The position numbers and the translations under genes were made by a program. From NCBI GenBank assembly GCA_045122995.1, contig JBGVIG010000448.1, positions 1 to 32,582 on the forward strand: a stretch of DNA of 32,582 nucleotides, written 5' to 3'. The notes under the pieces were generated by a model. The model had not been told where the DNA came from. It did no database searches and saw only the letters and a list, made by a program, of their open reading frames with translations. Source of the DNA: Eubacteriales bacterium (lineage in GTDB: Bacteria > Bacillota > Clostridia > Oscillospirales > CAG-272). Positions 27,027 to 32,582 of the stretch are shown piece by piece. The stretch's first letter is position 1, and every line of letters begins with the position of its first letter.

Positions 27027-27085
27027 TCCCAAAGAAAAGCGGGAGTTCTTTTGCAAAGCTTTTCTTTTTCCAAAGAAAAGCGGAA
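27001..27085 (+). repeat. Family-2 modules (reverse-complement relatives of 18298-18346) with two Y/R hairpins
   Basis: CGGTTTCTTTTGCCAATCTTTTCTTTTCCCAAAGAAAAGCGGG (27001-27043) and GTTCTTTTGCAAAGCTTTTCTTTTTCCAAAGAAAAGCGGA (27045-27084). Hairpins at 27018-27039 and 27058-27081. Confidence 0.75.
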
Positions 27086-27095
27086 AGGAGAAAGA

Positions 27096-27968
27096 ATGGT
27101 CCGCACAAAGAAAACATGGCGCATCGGCGGCGCGGCGATTTTTGCCACAGGTATTACGCTCGCATCGCGTTTTGACCTTGCCATTTCGTCAGCACTTTCC
27201 GGACTGACGACAGATGGCGGCACCTTTAAGCTCTCCGTTCCGAAATTTGCTTCTCTTTTGGAGATCATCGGTGAATGGGCGCCGTCTATGCTCGCCGCCA
27301 CATCGTTGCTCATCGTTTCCCATCATCATGGAAATTCGGAAAAAGCACATGCAAAAGCGATGAAACGCGCTTCTGTGATCCCCGCGGCAGGACTCGTTGC
27401 TTATGCTTCGGCAAAAACTGCACAATATCTGAAGCTTCCCCTGAATAAGATCGGCGGCGTGATGCTCGCGGCACTTTCTTTTGTGATCGCGGCACTTATG
27501 TATCTCGCCGTGGGAAAGATTCCGCAAAAAGCAAGAGAACGCCTGCATTTTCCTGCGGCATATACGCTTGCCGCCTCCATCGGTGTGCTTTCCTCCGTAT
27601 CTGCCATTAAGAGCATTTGGGGACGCCCAAGACTACGTGAGCTTGTCGACCGTGGCTCCCTTGAGGATTTCACCCCGTGGTATATCCCGAAATTTTTCTC
27701 GGGTTCGTATTCTTTCCCGTCGGGACATACGGCGCACGCTACTCTCGTCATGATGCTCACCACATGGCTTTACGGCGTCGGTGAAAAATTCCGCGGCGCG
27801 GTTTCCGTTTTGTGTTATGGATTTATCGTTCTGATGGCGTTTTCCCGTCTTGCCGCAGGTGCGCATTATCTTTCTGACGTGCTTTTCGGCTTCATGATCG
27901 CCATTTCCATCGTAGAGGTGGCAAAAGCCAAGCTTGACAAGCGTTTACGCGAGTCCAAAATAACGTAA
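27096..27968 (+). CDS. PAP2-family membrane phosphatase
   Basis: PAP2 motifs PSGHTAHA and SRLAAGAHYLSD, with several TM segments. The ATG at 27096 lies after GGAAAGGAG; the ORF opens at 27051 inside the repeat region. Confidence 0.85.
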   Translation: MVRTKKTWRIGGAAIFATGITLASRFDLAISSALSGLTTDGGTFKLSVPKFASLLEIIGEWAPSMLAATSLLIVSHHHGNSEKAHAKAMKRASVIPAAGLVAYASAKTAQYLKLPLNKIGGVMLAALSFVIAALMYLAVGKIPQKARERLHFPAAYTLAASIGVLSSVSAIKSIWGRPRLRELVDRGSLEDFTPWYIPKFFSGSYSFPSGHTAHATLVMMLTTWLYGVGEKFRGAVSVLCYGFIVLMAFSRLAAGAHYLSDVLFGFMIAISIVEVAKAKLDKRLRESKIT

Positions 27969-28511
27969 AATACCATTATAAATGCCCTCAGCGATGAGAT
28001 TCGGATTTTCAGCCATCAGCCTTGCATCGGAAGGATTGGTGATGAATCCGATTTCAAGAAGCGTTGCGGGCATTTGTGTTTTTCGCAGAACGTAAAGCGT
28101 AGGACGCGCAAAAACACCACGGTTCTGAAGCCCCGTGGCTTCGGAAAGTCCGACCAGAATATTTTCCGCAAAAGCTTCCGCAGGCGAATCCAGCCGAAAA
28201 ACGAAAGCTTCGCTCCCCGAGGCACTCGTGATATCCGAAGCATTGGCGTGCAGACTGATGAAATAATCCGCGCCCCATTCGTTTGCGGTGTTCACACGCG
28301 CGGCAAGACTTTCCGCTGTGCTCGTGCCGAGAATCTCCGTTGGTGAATTTCTTGAGGTACGCGCATCAAAATTCGGATTGGCGTCCAGCCTTGCCTCCAG
28401 CGCTTTTCCGATGGTATACATGAGATCCTGCTCGCGATAACCATTCCCCTCCGCACCTGCATTGGGGTTCATCGGGTTGTGTCCTTGGTCGATAAAAATT
28501 TTAATTGCCAT
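27945..28511 (-). CDS. N-acetylmuramoyl-L-alanine amidase (Amidase_3 domain only)
   Basis: 188 aa with RBS GGAGG. IFIDQGHN…G…E, YFISLHANA and LLEIGFITN motifs. Confidence 0.85.
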   Translation of the reverse strand: MAIKIFIDQGHNPMNPNAGAEGNGYREQDLMYTIGKALEARLDANPNFDARTSRNSPTEILGTSTAESLAARVNTANEWGADYFISLHANASDITSASGSEAFVFRLDSPAEAFAENILVGLSEATGLQNRGVFARPTLYVLRKTQMPATLLEIGFITNPSDARLMAENPNLIAEGIYNGILRYFGLA

Positions 28512-28564
28512 AAAATATCCTCCGTATCAGAATAAAGGTCTGTTTTATTCTATGTACGAAGGAT

Positions 28565-28665
28565 TTTTTTGTGCGGACGTCGAGGCTCTGCCCTGCCCCC
28601 TGCAAGGGCGCCGCCCTTGACTCACCCAAGGGGCTCCCCCCTTGGGGATCCCGATGGAGAGAAGG
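28565..28665 (-). repeat. GC-hairpin intergenic repeat, copy E (minus orientation, composite)
   Basis: The minus strand reads CATCGGGATCCCCAAGGGGGGAGCCCCTTGGGTGAGTCAAGGGCGGCGCCCTTGCAGGGGGCAGGGCAGAGCCTCG. Hairpins at 28625-28646 and 28602-28618. Confidence 0.8.
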
Positions 28666-28671
28666 CGGAGA

Positions 28672-28701
28672 TTGACAGATAATATAATAATATGATAAAA
28701 T
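28672..28701 (+). promoter_or_regulatory. Promoter for the 420-aa membrane protein gene
   Basis: TTGACA (28672-28677), 17-18 nt, TGATAAAAT-type extended -10. Confidence 0.45.
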
Positions 28702-28732
28702 ATTATTATATCGTGCAAAAAGGAGGGATTTC

Positions 28733-29995
28733 ATGAAAGAAAAGCTTCGAAAATACGGTGAGCCGTTTCATTTTTATATTCTTAGACTATTACGAACGGC
28801 AATATTCTATGCCGCCTATGTCATTTGTGTCATTCTCGGCACAGCGAATATCCCGTTCGGCGATCCCGAAGATTTCCGTTATGACCCTTTGACACACCAT
28901 TTGATGGGCTCCTCGGTCATTTTAATCGCATTTTTGCTCCTTACTTGGATTTTCACCTATTATGACACCACCGCACGAAAGCGCTTTATGAAAGCGCCGC
29001 CGGAACAAAAGCACTATTTTTCCGAATGGTTCGGCGTACTGCGCTCCTATGAATTTTGGTGCGACGCGGCAGGGCTCATTCTGCTGCCTCTTTTTTTGAA
29101 TCGTAACATCTTTCGTCATGCGCTGTGGCTTTTCGTAAGACGCGACGATCTTGGCACATGGGAAGCATATATTGGTTGCCTTTCGACCGTATTCCCTTGT
29201 CTGCTTTTGGCAAATAGCCTCATTCGCACTCGCGTTCGAAGCTATTTTCGAGTGATGCGCGCGAAAAAAGCAGCTGTCCTGCGCTTTGCATGGTTGAAAA
29301 TTGCGTTTTTCACCACACTCATGATCCTTTTTTATTTATATCCAAACGCCAGCGGCATCACGATCCTCATCATTCCGATCACGTTGATAGCAGTCCTCAC
29401 GGTTCTTGTGTACTGCTTCATGCTTGCGTGGAACTGTGTCCGCGCTGTTTTCGAAAGATTCTTCTTTTTGCACCGCCTACAAAGCATTTGTCGAAAAAAT
29501 GGATATGCTCTTACAAAATGCCATCGTCCTTTGCTTTCCGTCTTTTATCAAAAAGAGCGTCTTGCCAACTTCACTGTCGAAATCAACGGCAAACGATATG
29601 CCTGCAAGCTTCTTTCCAATCTTTTTCGCCGTACACAGATGATATTTCTCGACGAAACGCTCGGTTATTTTCATGCAGGGCAATATTTCCGAACACGCGC
29701 TTTCCGTATTGATCAGTCCGTTTCCAGTTTTCATGGATTCATGAAATTGAAATTCTATCATGATTTCGATGCGGGAGAGGACGAAAGGATACTCATCGTT
29801 TCGCCAAAGCCGCTATTCATCGCCGCCGCTACCTATGAAGTTGCTTATCAAACGAAAACAACAACACATCTGCGAGAAATCTCACACAACCGTGTGCTGG
29901 ATAATGCAGACATCGTCCACGGTGCCACGCTTTTCGATAACCACGCTTTCTTAAATGCGCTTTCCCGAGGAATGATGACATCAAGACACCACTAA
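28733..29995 (+). CDS. Hypothetical membrane protein (N-terminal polytopic region plus ~170-aa C-terminal soluble domain)
   Basis: 420-aa ORF with RBS AAGGAGGG. At least 5 hydrophobic segments within aa ~20-235. No family recognised. Confidence 0.75.
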   Translation: MKEKLRKYGEPFHFYILRLLRTAIFYAAYVICVILGTANIPFGDPEDFRYDPLTHHLMGSSVILIAFLLLTWIFTYYDTTARKRFMKAPPEQKHYFSEWFGVLRSYEFWCDAAGLILLPLFLNRNIFRHALWLFVRRDDLGTWEAYIGCLSTVFPCLLLANSLIRTRVRSYFRVMRAKKAAVLRFAWLKIAFFTTLMILFYLYPNASGITILIIPITLIAVLTVLVYCFMLAWNCVRAVFERFFFLHRLQSICRKNGYALTKCHRPLLSVFYQKERLANFTVEINGKRYACKLLSNLFRRTQMIFLDETLGYFHAGQYFRTRAFRIDQSVSSFHGFMKLKFYHDFDAGEDERILIVSPKPLFIAAATYEVAYQTKTTTHLREISHNRVLDNADIVHGATLFDNHAFLNALSRGMMTSRHH

Positions 29996-30126
29996 AAACA
30001 AACATGACCGCTATAAAAAGAATAATACAAAACCGCCAAAATGCCAAGAAATTCCACGAAATGGCGCATCTGACAGCAATTTTTGAAAAAATCTTTAAAA
30101 TAATCGTGCGAAAAACAAAATCCCCC

Positions 30127-30155
30127 TTGACAAATGCGCGATTTTATGGGATAAT
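30127..30155 (+). promoter_or_regulatory. Promoter for rpmH-rnpA
   Basis: TTGACA (30127-30132), 17 nt, TGG-GATAAT (-10 at 30150-30155). Confidence 0.6.
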
Positions 30156-30221
30156 GTACGGTGTAAATGTAGCAATAGGCGCAGATTAAATGTTCTGCGG
30201 TTTGCAAGGAGGTGTAAAAGA

Positions 30222-30353
30222 ATGCTTACTTACCAGCCTAAAAAACGTCAGAGACAAAAAGAGCATGGTTTCAGAAAGAGAATGAGCACTGCAAACGGTC
30301 GCAAAGTTTTGAAGAGAAGACGCGCTAAATGCAGAGCAAGACTTTCTTATTAA
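30222..30353 (+). CDS. rpmH: 50S ribosomal protein L34
   Basis: Not in the ORF track because it is under 60 aa. RBS AAGGAGG. Translation: [43 protein letters not shown]. Confidence 0.95.
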   Translation: MLTYQPKKRQRQKEHGFRKRMSTANGRKVLKRRRAKCRARLSY

Positions 30354-30370
30354 GAATCATCGGATAAACA

Positions 30371-30405
30371 AAGCCTGTGTCCTTATCATAGGCTTTTCCT
30401 TTTGT
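30371..30405 (+). terminator. Partial terminator/attenuator between rpmH and rnpA
   Basis: AAGCCTGTG (30371-30379) pairs with CATAGGCTT (30387-30395). TTTCCTTTTGTT follows. Confidence 0.45.
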
Positions 30406-30445
30406 TCGAGCTTTTTTATCTGAAAAACAAAATGGGGGAATCTGT

Positions 30446-30883
30446 GTGAAAAACATAGCAATTTCCGAAAACCACCTTTATAAAAAGGTGTATGCAAAAG
30501 GTGCCAAAGCCGTTTGCAAGCATATCGTGGTATATGTTTTGACCGATTACCACGCTTCCCGACTTCAAAGGGAAAACCCGCTGAAAAAGAGGATAAACCG
30601 CGTCGGACTCACGGTTTCAACAAGACTCGGAAAAGCGGTCGTGCGCTCCCGCGTGAGAAGAATTCTCCGCGCTGCGTACAGAAAACTGGAAACAGAACGC
30701 AACATTAAAAAGGGCAAGCTCATCGTCATCGCTGCAAGAGATGCCGCTGTGGACGCGAAAAGCACTGATATTTTTGCAGATCTCGTCTGGGCAGCGAAAA
30801 AGCTCTCGCTTTTTGCCGATGAAAATGAAAAACCCGCCGAAAATCGAAAACTCGCTGACGGGGCGGCAAAGCGGAGTGAATAA
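30446..30883 (+). CDS. rnpA: Ribonuclease P protein component
   Basis: GTG start after GGGGGAA. Contains the RNR-type motif LGKAVVRSRVRRILRAAYR. Sits directly after rpmH. Confidence 0.9.
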   Translation: MKNIAISENHLYKKVYAKGAKAVCKHIVVYVLTDYHASRLQRENPLKKRINRVGLTVSTRLGKAVVRSRVRRILRAAYRKLETERNIKKGKLIVIAARDAAVDAKSTDIFADLVWAAKKLSLFADENEKPAENRKLADGAAKRSE

Positions 30884-30889
30884 ACCAAG

Positions 30890-31141
30890 ATGAAATATAT
30901 CGGAATCTTTTTCGTAACACTTTATCAGAAGTTTATCTCCCCGCTCAAGCCGCCCTGCTGTCGCTTTCGCCCCACCTGTTCCCAGTATGCGATCGAATCC
31001 TTTCGTGAATGGGGCTTCATCGCAGGCTTTGCCCTCACCGTTTGGCGCATTTTGCGCTGCAACCCTTTTTCCAAAGGAGGGGACGATCCTGTACCCAAAA
31101 GAAAACGGAAAGGCAAAAACGAATCCTCCAATGAAAATTAG
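30890..31141 (+). CDS. yidD: Membrane protein insertion efficiency factor YidD
   Basis: LYQKFISPLKPPCCRFRPTCSQYAIE is the YidD signature. Confidence 0.92.
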   Translation: MKYIGIFFVTLYQKFISPLKPPCCRFRPTCSQYAIESFREWGFIAGFALTVWRILRCNPFSKGGDDPVPKRKRKGKNESSNEN

Positions 31142-31154
31142 GGAGTAAACAATA

Positions 31155-32270
31155 ATGCAAGTAATCAACAAATTTTTCGGAAGCATTCTTGCCGCTTTCG
31201 ACTCGTTTACGGGCCACTATTTGCTGGCAATCTTTATTTTTGCTTTGCTTATCAAGCTCATCTTGCTTCCCTTCGGTATCAAACAGCAGAAAAATTCCGT
31301 AAAGCAGGCAAAAGTTCGCCCTCGTGAGATGGCGATCCGCAGCAAATACAAGGGCAGAACCGACCAGCCCACCCAACAGAAAATGCAGAGTGAAGTCATG
31401 GAGCTCTACCAGAAGGAAGGCTACAATCCCGCTAGTGGTTGCTTACCGATGCTCATTCAGCTTCCCATCATCATCATTCTTTATAACGTCATCATTTCTC
31501 CCTTGAAGTATATCTGCGGCTATACCACAGAAATGATCAACGGCATTGCAAATTACCTTGCAAACACCGTCGGTATCACCGGCATCACCATCAAAGAAGG
31601 CGCATTCACAGGCCGTGACATCGACCTTATCCGCTATATCCCCGAGAATATCGAGGGCATCAATGCGCATCTCGCAAGCCTTGGCGACGAAATCGGACAG
31701 ATCGTTGCGGAAGAACTTCCGAACTTCTCCCTTTTCGGTGACGCTACCGCTCTTGCGCAGACACCTTCCTGGACCTCTTGGCTCCTTCTCGTGCCGCTTC
31801 TCAACTTCGGCTTCACGCTCCTTTCCCAGTTCATCACTCGCAAGCTCACGTTCCAGCCTATGCAGGATCAGCAGGCAGGCGGCATGAACATGAAAGTCAT
31901 GAATATCATGATGGCAGGTATGACAGCGTTCATCGCATTTGGTGTTCCTGCCGCTATCGGTATCTACTGGCTCTTCAACAGCATGCTCGGCGTACTCCAG
32001 CAATTCATTCTCGCAAAAACGATTCCGCTTCCCAAATTCACAGAAGAAGATTTCAAAGCTGCAGAACGTGAATACGCAGGCAAATCCGTCAGCAAAAAAG
32101 CCACCAATGAAAAGATCAAAGCCGCACTCGCACGCCCCATGGACGATGATGAATATGCGGATCTCGGTGAATACACTTCCGTTTACGACGAGGTTTCCGA
32201 ACCCATCGCAGAAAAACCTACGGGGGACTCCGTCGTAGAAAAAGCTCCCTTGAAAAAGAAGAAAAAATAA
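31155..32270 (+). CDS. yidC: Membrane insertase YidC/Oxa1 family (SpoIIIJ-like)
   Basis: Contains the conserved YidC motif GCLPMLIQLPI. It also has five TM segments, a Lys-rich C-terminal tail, and sits in rnpA-yidD-yidC-jag synteny. Confidence 0.92.
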   Translation: MQVINKFFGSILAAFDSFTGHYLLAIFIFALLIKLILLPFGIKQQKNSVKQAKVRPREMAIRSKYKGRTDQPTQQKMQSEVMELYQKEGYNPASGCLPMLIQLPIIIILYNVIISPLKYICGYTTEMINGIANYLANTVGITGITIKEGAFTGRDIDLIRYIPENIEGINAHLASLGDEIGQIVAEELPNFSLFGDATALAQTPSWTSWLLLVPLLNFGFTLLSQFITRKLTFQPMQDQQAGGMNMKVMNIMMAGMTAFIAFGVPAAIGIYWLFNSMLGVLQQFILAKTIPLPKFTEEDFKAAEREYAGKSVSKKATNEKIKAALARPMDDDEYADLGEYTSVYDEVSEPIAEKPTGDSVVEKAPLKKKKK

Positions 32271-32290
32271 GCATTGAGGTAAGACAAACC

Positions 32291-32582
32291 ATGAAAAAAG
32301 AACTCATCGTAACCGCGAAGACTACCGAAGACGCAACCCGCGAAGGCGCTTTGCAGCTCGGCGTTTCCGCAGAAGATGTGACCGTCGAAGTGCTCGAAGA
32401 AGCAAAGAAAGGCTTTCTCGGCCTCGGCGCTACGCCCGCAAAAGTAAAAGTAACTTATATTTTGAAACCTCTCGAAGCCGCAAAGAACTTCATCGAAACA
32501 CTCATGAAGGACCTCGGCATCACGGGTGAAATCCAGATCCATGACGATGGCGACGGCGAAAGCCTCATCACCATCACAGGTG
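32291..32582 (+). CDS. jag: Jag/KhpB RNA-binding protein, 5' part (truncated by the window end)
   Basis: RBS GAGGT. Jag_N pattern MKKELIVTAKTTEDATREGALQLGVSAEDVTVEVLEEAKKGFLGLG. Open to position 32582. Confidence 0.85.
   Translation, partial: MKKELIVTAKTTEDATREGALQLGVSAEDVTVEVLEEAKKGFLGLGATPAKVKVTYILKPLEAAKNFIETLMKDLGITGEIQIHDDGDGESLITITG

Noticed and set aside
30004-30207. 61-aa (+) and 71-aa (-) ORFs between the 420-aa gene and rpmH.
   Set aside because: They overlap the consensus rpmH promoter (30127-30155), have no RBS, and show AT-rich, non-protein-like composition.
25435-30221. Possible replication origin. The rpmH-rnpA-yidD-yidC-jag cluster is usually origin-proximal. In addition, a long minus-strand gene block (7843-25434) meets a mostly plus-strand block at ~25.5 kb.
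   Set aside because: No dnaA or dnaN is in the window. By eye, none of the intergenic regions in this span contains TTATCCACA-type DnaA-box clusters. The AT-rich stretches are explained by promoters. Confirmation would need a genome-wide GC-skew analysis and a DnaA-box scan.

Overview
This is a chromosomal, mostly housekeeping segment of a Firmicutes (Clostridia-like) genome. It has GGAGG-type RBSs, TTGACA-17-TATAAT promoters and hairpin plus T-tract terminators.

Gene order:
- Plus strand: partial CDS, trmK, Nif3-family protein, Cys-rich hypothetical, kdgK.
- Minus strand: ktrA, ktrB.
- Plus strand: small Cys protein, a self-contained sORF/leader unit, CNNM/CorC-type transporter.
- Long minus-strand block: fused MacB-type ABC ATPase/FtsX permease, ftsH, uvrA, uvrB, GH95 fucosidase, URO-D-family protein, ABC exporter permease and ATPase, DUF3021-like membrane protein, stand-alone LytTR regulator.
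- Then: ROK glucokinase (+), PAP2 phosphatase (+), Amidase_3 (-), a 420-aa membrane hypothetical (+).
- Finally rpmH-rnpA-yidD-yidC-jag (+), with jag cut by the window end.

I see no rRNA, tRNA, CRISPR array, transposase, integrase or recognisable defence genes.

The most unusual content is non-coding:
- A modular GC-hairpin repeat family has five copies in 32 kb. Its stems covary between copies, and three copies abut bidirectional terminators.
- A second family of polypyrimidine/polypurine mirror hairpins and direct repeats fills two large intergenic regions, 18.3 kb and 26.7-27.1 kb. The second region includes an 80-bp tandem duplication.

Protein-level candidates for a second look:
- The LytTR plus small membrane protein plus ABC exporter module.
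- The URO-D-family gene packed against GH95.
- An orphan ABC/FtsX protein with a very large extracytoplasmic domain.
- A 420-aa membrane protein with an unassignable C-terminal domain.

All calls come from reading the sequence and translations. No database search was run.
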